From NCBI GenBank assembly GCA_965112155.1, contig OZ218103.1: DNA of 64,000 bases. One strand, written 5' to 3'. This DNA comes from Podarcis liolepis (lineage: Eukaryota). The notes beneath the pieces were generated by a model. That model saw nothing but the letters and a program-made list of their open reading frames with translations, was not told the origin of the DNA and ran no database searches. Numbering within the stretch: position 1 is the stretch's first letter; every line of letters begins with the position of its first letter. Both the position numbers and the translations under genes were made by a program. Shown here in pieces: positions 36,701 through 49,835 of this stretch.

Positions 36701-39700
36701 ATCAAAAATAACTCAGTTTGAAAATGATGATGGGACCACTTTTTTCTGAAAAGGACATCTATTTGCTTAAATTTAGCAGGATACTTTTAAGAGAATGTCA
36801 GAAAGAAGTTTTGCCAATTTTTGATGGAGGGGAAGGGGAAGAAACCTTTATTTTGGCAGAAGGTGTTGTGCGACCTTCTGTCTCAACAGGCTCAGATCAG
36901 CCTCCAAGCCTATAGGAATATGTGTCATTATAAATTTATTTTAAACAATTTACATCCCATCTTCTTTCCATGCGAGAAGCAGAGGCAGCAAGATTTCACA
37001 CCATACCCTGGAACCACAATTGAGGAATGACCCTGCTAATCCACTAGTTACAGCATGCATGGATATCAATTTAGGCATCATTTGAGGTGGGTGGGCAACT
37101 GCACCAGCAATGATAAAGGTCTGTCCCCACAGGGTACAAATGTGTTATGTATGAACCCCAACCTAATTTTCTTCATCAAAATTTTAATATAGATTTAACA
37201 TGTACCAGGCACTAGTGATTGGCTTCATGGGATTCCAAGAGCAGACTATCTGAAAAGTAGCCTACTGCTTGATCACATCCCCCTGTTACCTTCTTTGGCT
37301 GGAGCTTACCATGCACTGCTTTATATCAGTATTTACTCAGCCCTTTTTATGGAACACATACTGTTTTAGATATAAGTGGTGCTATTACAGGCTCACAAAA
37401 ACAACATGCGCTCAGCATTCTTAAAACATTGGCCTGAGCTCTGGTTTTTGGTGGGTTTTTAAAAATATCATTATTGCTACATTTCTACAGCATTCTCTGG
37501 TTTTACTCTTTCGGGAAACAACACATCTAAACTGCGTGCCTGCTTTTGGTTTCCTGACGCTGGGTGGCTGCATTTTGTTTCTATTCATTTTTAATTTACA
37601 AGCAGGTGTTTGAAAAGAGCCATCCCAGTAAGAGGCCCATTGATTTATGTTCTATTCCAGTAAGTTTCCTTTATTAAAAATGGCACCAGCAGGAGTAGCT
37701 TCTAAAAATGAAGGACTCCTATTGGTTTGACAATATGCTTGCATCGTTCACCTGCTCACATCTCACCCAACCAGTTTTTTTTATTTATTCACACCTTATG
37801 TATGCATTGTGGGGATACAGGGTATGTAAGCAACTCAGCTCTGGTTCATACATTTGCATGAAATAGTGGGGCATAGGGTCCCTCTTTGCAAATAACCTCC
37901 CATCTGAGCCAGACCTTATGGGGGAATGCCTGGAAGATACAGAGGCCTGCTTCACTTGATTCTTTCGGGGAAGGCGGTCTGTGAACTGGACTGGCATGAG
38001 ACTGAGCTCACACAGGCAAGAGTTTTCTACGTGGAAGAAGGGAGAGGTTTGTGTCCTGTTTCACCAGTGCTTCTGTGGTACTGATGCTGACTGCCAAAGG
38101 GCTGTTTAACACTTTGCACAGCCAACATGATTTCAGCATGTCTATCACAATAAACACCATACCAAATGAAAGGGAGACTCATCCCAGTGAATGCGCTGAA
38201 AGCACAATGGGTATGTAACAGATGAGGTGTGGCCCTAAGCAGAAAAGACTAAACAAGAGGTAGAAGGCAGTTGAAATGAATTTGCCCATTAACCTACAGC
38301 AGGGCAGTAGCGGGGGGGGGGGGCTACTTTTCCACTGAACTGTTATCTAGAAATGAAATGACATGATTTTAATTATGCTGATCTCGTGTTGTACTCTGGC
38401 TAATTAAAATTGCCCCATTGGTAGAAAAGCAACCACAACAGACAGCAGAACCAATCCCAGGTGAATTAGCCTATTTAACTGTAGCAGTTCTTTGTTGGCC
38501 TATCAGCTCTGTGAAAGAATACTGTATAACCTTTCCCTCTACTACAGTGTAAAGACCATAGCCAAGAATAAGCATTCCCTCAATGCCTTTCTTAGGTTTC
38601 TTTTGCACCCTATTTTCAAAGCAGTTGGCAAAATATCCTATTTTATTTAACCACTCAACCTTGTTAGACTGAGGGACAAATGTCTTGCCTAAGAATGACT
38701 TGGAGGGATCAGTTCTTCAGTATTCCATGCTCAACTATTTTATGCTCTACAATGTTGCTTTTTTCTTTCTTTCTTTTTTTGTTTTGTTCTGCAGTGTTTC
38801 AGAAATGCCCCTGCAACACGATCATCTATCGACATAGCTCCTGGCACCTAACGATCGTGAGACCCACCACTGGCACCTCAGTTACACTTCCACACAAAAT
38901 CCTGAACAACTCCTGCAATGTTAGAAGGAGGCCCAAAGAACACCTATGGATGAATAGATGACATCAGTGAACATTTTGGAGTGATTTACAACAGCTTTGG
39001 TATCAAACAAATGTGATGCCTGGAAACTATCCTAAAGGGACGCCAAGAGAGCTTTTGAGCTGGTTTTAAAACTCTGTTGATTGCTGTTTTGACAATAAAT
39101 AATCCCAGAAGGGAGTTACGGAACAGATTGCAGCACTGGAGGATTTTGAAACAGAGAATACAAAAAAAGGGCGGACCATTTCTCCAAGGACTGACAGACA
39201 GTATGTCCATTACACGTGTGCTGCACTGGGTGATGACGAACATATATTCCCTATAGGATACAAGGAAACATATATGCATGCTGCATAAAGACTCAATGCC
39301 TGTTTACAGCATTAAGATTTAGAGGTTGCCATGCCCAGGTTTCATCCTAAGACTGTTAATCTTTAATGATGATTTTCCAGTTTAAAATCCCTAGACCAGT
39401 CACAGATCCTTGTATTTCTCTGTGAAATCTCTAGTCTGATGGGAACTCTGTCAGCAACTCCACGCCAGAATGTTGTTGGTTCAGATCTACCTCTGCCCTT
39501 GCTTCCTCCAAGGTTGTGACCTAGTGCTGGTGGCTTGTTTCCATATGCTACACCTGCTCACAAGCCACAGGCAGATGAAAGAGAAGTTAAGACTCCCTGA
39601 TCTGGTCATGGACTTGTTAAAATGTAAACAAGTCTGAGTGGCAAACAGGTCATTTGTAAACATGATCCTATTATAGCAATCTAAAGAATGTTCCTGGAAT

Positions 39701-42436
39701 GTGAACTAATGCAATATACAACGATGTTGTTGGGAATCACGCTTCCCAACTATACAAGGTGGAGAGACATTTGGTATGGTATACTCTGTTTCCCTAAAAC
39801 AGACTCTAATAGGAACCTGGCTGCAATGCAAAAGCTGAGGACAAAAACACCTGCCTGAGTTGAGTCACCATCCAGTTTTCCCTCAACATGCTGGCTGGGA
39901 AGCAACAGCAGTTTTTTTTTATTTATTTTGATGTGACAAGAGCTAGGCTGGCTTTGGAGTTGATTAACATCATCTGTTGCTGCCTATGCACTTGTCCCTG
40001 CACCCTCATATGTACAGGTGGTGGTTCATGATACACATTTATAAACAAATGGGTTGTTGTTGTTTTCTTTAAAAATACCCTATAACCCTTGTACCTCCTA
40101 TGGCAGAAACACCCCCCCCCCGTAAAGATTGTTCCTGAACTTCCCACTATAATGAGATGATGACACTGAAAGAAAGATTGCATCAGGTTTGCAGAACAAC
40201 TTTGTAGTATGAAGTTATCTTTTAAGAATGCCCTTCGATACAACAAAAACCTAAATGTAAACCAAGCTTTGCCTCCTATAACAACAACAAAGTAAATGTC
40301 CAGATCAACTGATCCCTAACTTGACTCACAAACTTCAGCTACAATCAATGGCAGTGTGAAACGTTCCATAAATATTGTGAGAATGCGAAAACACCTGCAA
40401 CAGCAAGCAATTAACTCCTTCCTTTTATTAAAGCCTCATTTAAATCCAGCTACATACTTCTACAGTGACTGCTAACCTTGAATTCACATTGGCAAGTGTG
40501 TCCGCAACTGGCTTTCTGTGTGGATCACTTTTGAGAACGTTTAAGACAAATGCCTGCCTGTTCTTCAGTCACCTCTTTTCTAACCAATAAGCCGTGAAGC
40601 TACTGAAATCATTGGCAAAATTACTCTTGATGTTAACGGGGGATGGTTTGGCATAGCACACTGCAGTAAGGGGATGAATTGAGGCTGATGCACATACTAG
40701 GCTGATCCTGGCATGGTCTGACAGGCTAGTGCTCCAATTTATGCCTGATGAGGATATAACCCAAAGAGAAGAATGGAGCAGAGACAAATGTCTTTCATCT
40801 ATTTACAGCAGCATCTGTAACCCTAAATATGATTATTTACTGTCTTCTGTATGTAAGAAAAGGATGAATCTCAACCTATTATAGCTACAATGTGGATAAT
40901 TTCTTTCCCCCAGCTATTACAGAAATGCTTGAATCACCATGATGATAACTACTGGCCACCATCGCTGCCTGCCAAGTGAAACTGAAGCTATAAAGATTTT
41001 AAAAGCAGGGGCAGTGGCTTGACTTTATTTCACAGCAACAAAGAAAACATCCAAATATTTCTCCTGTAAGGACATTTGGAGGAAGGAGGAAAATCTCATT
41101 TGTGCCACAAGAGGGCACTTTAACTACAGACAAATGCAATCTATGCTGTTTAGGAATCACCCAGGAAAGAAGGTGATGGAGGAAGAGGAAAACTGCTTAG
41201 TTATCTCCTGGGTTATAGGATGATTGCATTTGACTGCAGAGATACAGAAAGATGCACCAAGCCAGTAGTTTGCAACAGAATTCCCTATTTGCCTGCTGCT
41301 GCTGCTGCTGTTGTTGTTTTCTTTTTCTTTTTTTAAAGTCATATGGGCTGGCCCATATATACTGCAAAAGGGGCAAACTTAAGGAAAAACGAAGATTGTA
41401 TTGACCAGATGCAGGACACATGGCATTGCTTTTCAAATGAAAAGCCACAAGAACGCCAAAGCCCATGGGTCCAAATCAGTCTCTTAGATCGGACACGCAT
41501 GACCCACCAACCCAAGTGCAGATCACCAGCCATGCAGGACAGGACTGTTCATCGGGGCTTGAGAAACCTATGGGGATCATTTCTTTTGCACTTTGCCTGG
41601 AACTGCCAAACAGAAGGCAGAGATTGCTATGCATATATATGGGAGGCCACAATACAGGGATGGGAAGCTAAATCTGGCTCGGTGGTCACAAGTTGGGCTG
41701 GCCTGTCACTATAGGTGCTCCTTAACCCCCCATACTATTTCTGATGCCCTTTCTAGGTATCTTTCTCTTTACTTGCACTCTGTGTGGAGAGGGAAACCTT
41801 TAGGGCACCTTTGCAGATATATCCACAAACTTTACTAGCAGAACACATTTTTATATGGTGAAATCATGCCCATTTGAGGCTTGAAAGCCAACCCCTCCCA
41901 AATAAACTCCCCATTTGCAGCCCCTTACCTGCACAACTACCTGATTTCACAGAGCTCCATGTGAACATGAGTCTTTCTGTGTGCACTGGAGCTGCAGAAA
42001 TCTTGTGACTGGTATCTGCCTCACACACGACGGCGATTAAGGTTTTGGAATAACTCAGAAGGTTGCTTTAAGTTTGTCTGGTGTAAGTGTTTAAAGTTAG
42101 CAGGCACATAAGTAAGCCAGGCACGGACAAACTGGGGATGAAGGTGTGTTTCTCAGACAGAGCTGGCAGCTGCCTTCGTTTATCGGCAGGCCATTTATCA
42201 TCTCAAGAAAAATATTGACGGTTCACAAGATTCACACTTGCCCTGGCCCTGGGCTGAAGAAATGCTGTCTTCCAGGAAGGCTTTGAAAATGGAACCAAAT
42301 CAAGGAACTGTGCCTCAAAAAGAAAGGGAGGGCATTGTATTAAGCAAGCAGAGGAAAGCGGGAAGACTCCTTGTGTGAAAAGCTGGCTACAAAAGGATAA
42401 CACTGGTGCCAGCCACTGGGAATACATTTCTAGTAG

Positions 42437-43527
42437 ATTCCATCTTTCTACCCCAACAAAAGTAGGCCTAAAAAGACTGATGTGGGCATTTTCAGGATAT
42501 TGCCAGAGAGAACAGCTGGCTGTGAATTACAAGAAAACCCAAGTCATGGTTTTCTCAAGAAACTATAGAGCCCATAGATGGAGCATGGACAACCAGCTCA
42601 TTGAACAGGTCAAAGTTTTCAAATATCTCAGCCTTATTTTCCAGTCTACAGGGTCATGGGGAGCACAACAGAAGTGTGCAAAAGAAAAAGCTTCCCAGAG
42701 TATCAAAATTCTGACACGCTTTTTCTACAGAAAAGGTGGTAAACATACACTATCAGCCCTAGAAGTGTTCCAAGCTAAACCCCTGGCACAGTTATTATAT
42801 GGGGCTCAGATCTGGACAGGCACTCAGCTTGGATCTATGGAAGCTGTCCAATCAAAGTTCTTAAGGCAAATTTTCTCTGTACCACCTCATTGCACCTAAT
42901 CTTCCCTTGGCAGAATTACGGGTATGGCATAGGACACTTAACTATTGGCTTCGCCTAAACTGAAATCCCCCTGGTCTAATATCCCTAGTGCTGCAAGATC
43001 GTCACAAGAGCACCTGGACTAAAATTGTCTATCAAAAACTTCACTCTTGTGGTTTATCACCACAACAGCTACTCACACTGGATTTTAGTAAAGCAAACAG
43101 TCTAATTAGTCAGTGCCTAAATGATATTAAGCGAGAGGACAACTTGGCCATAATAAGGAAATTTTGTCCATGGTACGACTATTTCCCACCTACCCATTTC
43201 AACTTGGTGGCGCATGCCCTTCTGGCTTGCACTCTTTATAAAGACTTGAGGAATGAGGTTATCATCCCTCTTTTATTGTCCATTCCGGGTCACCCAGCCA
43301 CTGTCACAGTGTCCTTTCTTTTGGCAGATCAAAATGAGCAGGTGACAGCAAAGATTGCAGGTTTTTAGCTGGGGCAATTAGAATAAGATCCTCTATTTGA
43401 CTATTGATTCAAAACCCAAAAATGTATTTTATATAATTGACTTTTTATCTTTATTCTTTGTATATTGTATTGTTGTTTTATTGCTATGGTCGGTGGCTGA
43501 TGCAAATAAAGATTCATCCATTCATTT
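42437..43527 (+). mobile_element. 5'-truncated non-LTR retrotransposon, RTE-X-like
   Basis: RT C-terminal motifs GLKRLM..F..YC...LAVNYKKTQVMVF, EQVKVFKYL and LLYGAQIW; HALLACTLYKDLR zinc-knuckle remnant; aataaa followed by an (attc)-type tail; TSD at(t/c)tctagtag at 42426-42436 and 43528-43538. Confidence 0.8.
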
Positions 43528-44403
43528 ATCTCTAGTAGCTGCATACTGCAGAAGTTGTTTCGGACAATAGCTGAACCATTATGTCTTTGCTCCTGTAAAT
43601 GTAGATATGTGGACAACGCACACCTGTGCCACAACTAAACTAATGTCATTCCAGGATGGCGGGCTCGGAAATAAGCTGTATGTCTCAGAAAAGGATTTTA
43701 GCACACTGTTTGTCTAGCCTTCCTTAAACCAATAACTTAAGGGCAAGGGCCAAGAATGGAGCATTATGAGTGCTGTGTTCCTGGTTTGTGTGGCCACTGT
43801 CAGTGGCAAGGAGTTTTGAGCAGGGCTCCTGCTAAGGTGACACATCAAGCTGGGTTTAAGGTCTCACCCTTGGCATAAGAGGGCAAGTGGGTGAGGATGC
43901 ATTTGGGTTCCCTAGCACTTTCCTGTGCCCTTCCCTATTGCCTCTGGATGGTGCCGGCTTACCCATGATGAGGGGTGGAAAGCGAGAACTAGCCATGCCC
44001 AGCTGAGAAGGACTAAGTCACTTTGAATGGAGAAACATATATGCTAGTTATAGGTAGTAGTTAGTAGTTAAATTTGTGGGGAAGTGTATCCACAACTGTT
44101 TCTTTGCTGACTTCCTTAAGTATGGCAGAGTGGATTGTATGTGAAGGAGAAGAAAAGCAAGAACTGTAGTTAGTCTAGGATTTGTTATTCTGCTGAAAGG
44201 CAAGGATTTCTAAGGAGCCTGAGAGATCTAGTTGTATCTCCATGGGGATTTAGACACCTTACTGCTGCTTGTTCTCTGGGTCAACTTCTAAATCTCATGT
44301 CCAGGGGATTAAGGTGCAAGTCAGAAAAATATACAATCACAATGATACCATGAGTTCTGGTTGGTGACAAGTATGAGATGGAGCAATGATAGACATATCC
44401 TGC

Positions 44404-44411
44404 ACTACTAC

Positions 44412-44443
<32 letters not shown>

Positions 44444-44474
44444 CTTCTTCTTCTTCTTCTTCTTCTTCTTCTTC
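44404..44474. repeat. (CTA)n(CTT)n compound microsatellite
   Basis: Directly visible; explains the poly-Phe ORF. Confidence 0.98.
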
Positions 44475-45245
44475 AGCATCTCACATTCATCTTTGGATAT
44501 ACCCCTCTCCAGTGTTCTCGGTTGTTTGCTTCCTGCACCCACATAAGGCTTACTGTTAATCTTAAATCATGCTCTCATCACATAGGTGGCTGTCTCCTTA
44601 GTCTTTTAAAATGGTAGGGTCCCACACAAGCATATTCCATTGGCCTGAGTCATCTCTTGCCACATATCCCGCACATGCCCATTTTAACTCTGCAGACATA
44701 TGCAGGACACCTGGCAAGCGATGGAATAAAGTAACGCTAGTGTGGAGATCTCTTACATGTGAAGAAATGATCAACCCCGGAAGATAGTTCCACTTAAATT
44801 ATTGGTAAAGCGAGCTGAGAAATAGCACAGAATTTGTTAATATAAAAGCAGCAGCAACACAAATGAATATGGATAGCTGACACCGCAGTTGCAATGCAGA
44901 ATGGGGTCATCTAAAGTAACAGTGTTAAAAAACAACAACACCTCTTGGAAAAATAGCTCATTTCTAAGTCCATTCCAAATTTTAAGCTTCAACATGGTCC
45001 TGCAGACATCAACAGGAATGAGACTGCTTGTAAGACAACACACGCACAGCCTCTTTCCTGTTCCCAAAACATATTTGGCAGCAGCACTACCACCACACGG
45101 AGAACTCTTGAGAAAGGCTGGTACTGTTCTCCTAATTATGCCTGAGGATGCTGCCACAACAATGTCCCAGGTACAAGGACCAGGGAATTCTAAACAACGG
45201 GCATTCATTTCCATACACACACCCAAATCCAAGACCTGTCACTGC

Positions 45246-45380
45246 CAGGGCTTTTTTTAAAGCCAGAACTCACTGGAACTCAGTTTCAGCACCTCTCAGG
45301 TGGGTACCATTGCCATTGTAAGAGAACAAGGGAGGTGTTCGTGGTGAGTTCTGGCACCTCTTTTTCTAGAAAAAATAGCT
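45246..45380. mobile_element. MITE (hAT/Tip100-like)
   Basis: cagggctttttt...aaaaaatagc termini, internal gccagaactcac/gtgagttctggc inverted pair. Confidence 0.6.
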
Positions 45381-46069
45381 TTTGAGTAGTAGTGGTGGTG
45401 GTGACCTGTGCTATCTTAGAAACTGCTTAAATAAGATTTGAAGAGTGGGTGTTCATTGTTTATGAGGAGGGCTAGATTTTACTCCTTCGGACAAATCATG
45501 CCATTTTGTACATGGCAGCCAAAGTAAAAAAACAAACTACATTTAACACAGAAACAAAGATGCCTGTAATAAAGGTCCTGCTCTTAGGGCTGTTCAGCAA
45601 CAGGAAAGTATGCCAGGTTTGCGGAATTCACTGGAACTTTGTTTGCTATACTAAAGGTGGATTCAATTTGTTTCTTAGCTTCTCCAGACACTTTTTAAAA
45701 ATGTAGGGCAGGGAGAGAAAAAATCCGTACCTAGCAGGATGCTGTGCATTGTCATTAATTAAAGTCTCTAGAGAGTACAAAGGCAAAAGCAAAAATGAGA
45801 GTATTATTGCTAAATTAAATCAATATTGCCAGCATTCTCTTGTGACATAAATACAAAATAGGCATGCAGGCTTCCCATGGTCTCTGGAATTTGAATGGCA
45901 TAAATAATATGCTGCCTTCCTAGAGCAGATTACCAAGCATTCAAAAAGGTGAGATGTCGTAGTCTATGAGAGATTTTATTTCTGTAGGGGATGCCATAGG
46001 GTCAGTAGTTTTGACCAATCAGTGGTCACTTCGGCAGCTGCTGGTTGCCATTATTACTACTACTACAGG

Positions 46070-46305
46070 GAATCAGACAGGGGGCCTTCTTGGTAGTGAC
46101 ACCCACCCTGCGAAATGCCCTCTCATCCAATATTAAGGAGATGAGTAATTATGTAACATTTAGGAAACATCTGAAGGCAATCCTGTATAGGGAAGTGTTT
46201 AAGGTTTAAGGATTTATTATGTTTTTATATATGCTGGAAGCTGGGTCAACCCAGTCAGCAGGGCAAGGTGAAAATTCTTATAATTAATAATTATTAATTA
46301 TTATA
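46070..46305 (+). mobile_element. L2-like LINE 3' end
   Basis: gggccttcttggtagtgacacccaccctg.gaaatgccct...tttaggaaacatctgaagg resembles the L2 RAFSVxAPxLWNxLP...FxxxLK C-terminus; (taa)-rich tail. Confidence 0.7.
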
Positions 46306-46749
46306 TTCCACTCAGCTTTGCGCCAATATGGTGGCATCTAATGTTGTTCTTGTTTTGTTCATGCTCCAAGCTGCCAGGTCCCAGAATTTATCTTCCCTTT
46401 GCTCAGACACCGCCAGCCCTAGTTCTTGCCACTGTCATCTCACAACATTCGCTATTTTACAAAATTCGCTATTTTATTCTTAAGGATTTTCTTATATGTT
46501 ACTCTAATCCTACTTATATCCCCCTTATTAATTACAGAGGGTACCCCCCTCAAAAAAAAATCCTAATAACTCTTAGAAGATCTTTCTTTGCCTCCTTGCA
46601 TTGCCCATCAAAACAATTTCTCTGGCTTCCCTGTATACCGTTTGTGGCATTGGGATATATGAGATAGGGTCTGATGACTGTATTACACACACACACACAC
46701 AAACACAAACACATATTGTGCCTTGGTCAGACCACACCAGGAGTACTGT

Positions 46750-46887
46750 GTGGACTCTCCTTTCTTGGAAGTTTTTAAGTAGAGGTTGGATGGTAATCTA
46801 TCATGTATGATTTAGTTGCAATTCCTATATTGCCAGGGGTTGGACCAGCTGATCCTCAGGGTCCCTTCCAACTCTACAATTCTATGA
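46750..46887 (+). mobile_element. CR1 LINE 3' end
   Basis: ttggaagtttttaagtagaggttggatgg...ggggttggac...ggtcccttccaactctacaattctatga. Confidence 0.85.
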
Positions 46888-47545
46888 AACGTAGAAGCTC
46901 CGCTGCTATTGTAAAGAGCCCCATTGAATCTCTGGCTAGAAAAGGAATTTCCCAGAGACACTCCTGCAAGAAGTCTAGAAGCACAATACAGCACAGTGAA
47001 CTTGTAAGCTTATTGCAGGCAAACAGGAACTTATATGGAGTGAGGAAGTATGTGTGCAATAATTGAAAATAGCTTTTGTTTTAGTGTGGCGATAAAGCAG
47101 CATTTCACAGATGGTACAGAGGACCAGGATCTTACTAATGGCTTGCTAGGCTGATACTATTATAAACTTGGCAAATGGTGCATGTGGAAGCTAGTAGTGT
47201 ACTGTAGCATTTGCTTTGGCTGCAATTAATTGATAACTTAGATTCCTGCTGACACTTACTTTTTTCCAGAAGAGAACTGGCAGAAGATATGCAACTAGCA
47301 TTTCATTTTCTCATTATAAAGGAGCATACTTTTTTTTTTTAAAAAAAAAAAAATCTACCTCTTGATACCAAGCACATTGGAATGTGAAGAAAAAGAACTT
47401 GGGAGGAGGCAGGGGCCAGGGAGCTGAGTTCTGAGTTAAAACAAATGTCGCTAATGGAGAAGGCAAGGGAAAAGGGTATGGCAGTGCATGGTGGAACAGC
47501 AGAAACCTGTCTTCACATATTGCTGAAAAGGAGGATGTGCATCAC

Positions 47546-47660
47546 CACATCCAGTGCTAGTCTAACTCAGAGTAGACTCACTGAAGGGAACAGGCTTGAC
47601 TAACTTAGGCTCATTAATTTCAGTGAGTCATCTCTGAGTGGTCTTAGTTGAATACTACTC
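47546..47660. mobile_element. ~120-bp palindromic MITE
   Basis: actcagagtagactcactgaa / ttcagtgagtcatctctgagt inverted arms. Confidence 0.6.
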
Positions 47661-47854
47661 TTAGACTGGACACATCTTCAAACAGAGGGCTGTCTTCCGA
47701 TAGCCTTTCAAACAGAAGACTGTAAAATCAGGAACATGGTCACCTTCTGCCTTGCTCTGCATAATCTGTAAGTGGCACATGTGTGTATACAGGGCTGTAC
47801 CCAGCAGTGTTAGAATAGAACCACTAAAATCACTGAAATGAACTTAAACTAGTT

Positions 47855-48051
47855 ACAGGTAGGTAGGCGTGTTGGTCTGCTGTAGTCGAAACAAAATAAA
47901 AAAATTCCTTCCAGTAGCACCTTAGAGACCAACTAAGTTTGTTATTGGTACGAGCTTTCGCGTGCATGCACACTTCTTCAGATACCTACGCATGCACACG
48001 AAAGCTCATACCAATAACTAACTTAGTTGGTCTCTAAGGTGCTACTGGAAG
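47855..48051. mobile_element. Penelope-like element remnant (inverted pLTR foldback)
   Basis: 65-bp inverted repeat with 3 mismatches (47905-47969 / 47990-48054), same family as the 26.3-kb copy, 15-bp TSD gaacttaaactagtt (47840-47854 and 48052-48066). Confidence 0.85.
47948..47985 (-). ncRNA. Minimal type I hammerhead ribozyme motif
   Basis: GUAU-CUGAAGA-A-GUGUG(CAUG)CACGC-GAAA-GC-UC-GUAC: conserved core, stem II, 4-bp stem I and a palindromic AGCU in place of stem III. Confidence 0.7.
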
Positions 48052-48480
48052 GAACTTAAACTAGTTGCTTTCATTTATTTCAGTGGGTTTGCTCTGAGCA
48101 TGACTTAGTTGGATTCAACCCATAAAGTCCAGCCCAATAATATGCAATAATTATCCCATACAATTGGGTAGGAAAGATCAGGGATGTGTGGATGTTAGGT
48201 CAATTTTGTGGAGGCAAGGCCAACCAAGGAGGAAGCAAATGTATGAGGTCCAACATGTTTAGCACATTCATTGTGCCATACGCACATATAAGATTCGACA
48301 TCAAGGTGGGATGTGAAGTTAAAAATGCATTCAGTTTGAAGACTAGCAACATGGCAGCTCTAGAGAAGACATTCTCAGAACTTCTATTCAGGTAATAGAA
48401 ATAAATCTTATTTTAAATTTAGCAATATGCACCATACATGCATTTGTTTGTACCTATATTATCCTTTAATCTGAGCAGTC

Positions 48481-48483
<3 letters not shown>

Positions 48484-48519
<36 letters not shown>
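48484..48519. repeat. (CA)n microsatellite
   Basis: Directly visible. Confidence 0.98.
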
Positions 48520-48521
<2 letters not shown>

Positions 48522-49835
48522 TGTATTAATACCTTCTGTTTAGAAGCCATACTCACAAACATGAAACATGGCAGAACATCTCAAAAAACCCCAGTGATAC
48601 ACAGATTTTTGTAATTAATCTATGCCCCAGGGGTCATTCAAAGTGTTCATTGCCCCGTCTTATTTGTACTTCAGACAGATGCAAACACACAGGTACCAAG
48701 TCAGTTGCCAAGCTAAATCTCCAATCTGACATGGTTGTTATCAACTTTACTCTCTTCAGGTAATTTTTGTAGACTGTTCATAGTTTTTAAGCCCTTCATT
48801 GCCTCCACTGCCTTTCAGCTTAGTATTGCCCTTTCTGTTGCACCTAAGTTTTGCAAGTATAACTAATAGGAATTTAACATTTACCAAAGAATTATTTCAA
48901 CTATAGGTTTAATAGCATTTTTATGGTTCTCTGAACAGCCAAGAGTTTAGCTATCAGTTCCATCTGCTTCGCTTCCTTCCAATTTGCTTATATGTAAGAG
49001 AAAGGAATAAGGACAAGCTTAAAGAAGGAAAAGAAATTGTGGTGCTCCCATTTAAATATGTTTCCCATTTAAACACTTTTCTCCTTGTAATTTTTTTGTT
49101 TCTCTGTACAAGCACCATAAATCATAACCATTGTCCATTTCTGTTTAAATAACCAAACTAAGAAGTTGAAAGCAGTGAACTGGGGGGGGGGGGCGCACAC
49201 AGAGTTGGTTTATTCTGTGCTCTTATTGAAATGTAAAGCATAGGAGACATTTTCAGCTCCTGTTTTGCATGCAGATTCCTCTCCTCCTCCTCCCCCCCCC
49301 AACCCCCCAACCTGGGCTGAACTTCCACCCTGACACTAGTGAAACCCCATTGAAATTTATGAGCACATCACATGGGTGGCACAAGGGTTATACATGCATC
49401 AGAGGTGAGGCATTTTTGCAACGTTTCCAGCAGCACCAAAAGCTACCCTTTTAGCACTTTGAGAGGACAACATAAAAGGGAGTGTAAAAATGCTTGCCCA
49501 TACAGAGCGAGGGCAATGAATGATACAACTGGTTGGAATTCTTCACGTGCCTAATGCAGCAAGCTCTGTTAGTTGGCTTTGTTTCCTTTAAGTGATGTCA
49601 TCACACAATCAAATCTGATTGGCTACATTGCACCTGGATGTCATCCCACTTGCTACATGACTTTTGACTGATAGATCTCTCTTAAGAAAGTGAAGAAAAC
49701 CCTAAACAGGAAAAAAATACGCTGAAATAGTATCAGACAGAGGAAAGCTATTTTCAGCCTCAATGGTGAAATGCAGAAATGTACACCACAGCCTTAATAA
49801 ATATTGTGGTCCTGTTTTGTAGCCCATAGTCAGTA

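Larger units (their letters stand above)
47791..48121. mobile_element. ~120-bp palindromic MITE split by a Penelope-like insertion
   Basis: gggctgtacccagc...gttggattcaaccc termini; the two halves rejoin across the TSD. Confidence 0.55.

Noticed and set aside
40569-40760. Minus-strand open stretch between an AG and gtgact
   Set aside because: Weak splice sites and no homology.
44361-44546. Poly-Phe ORF
   Set aside because: Translation of a (CTT)n microsatellite.
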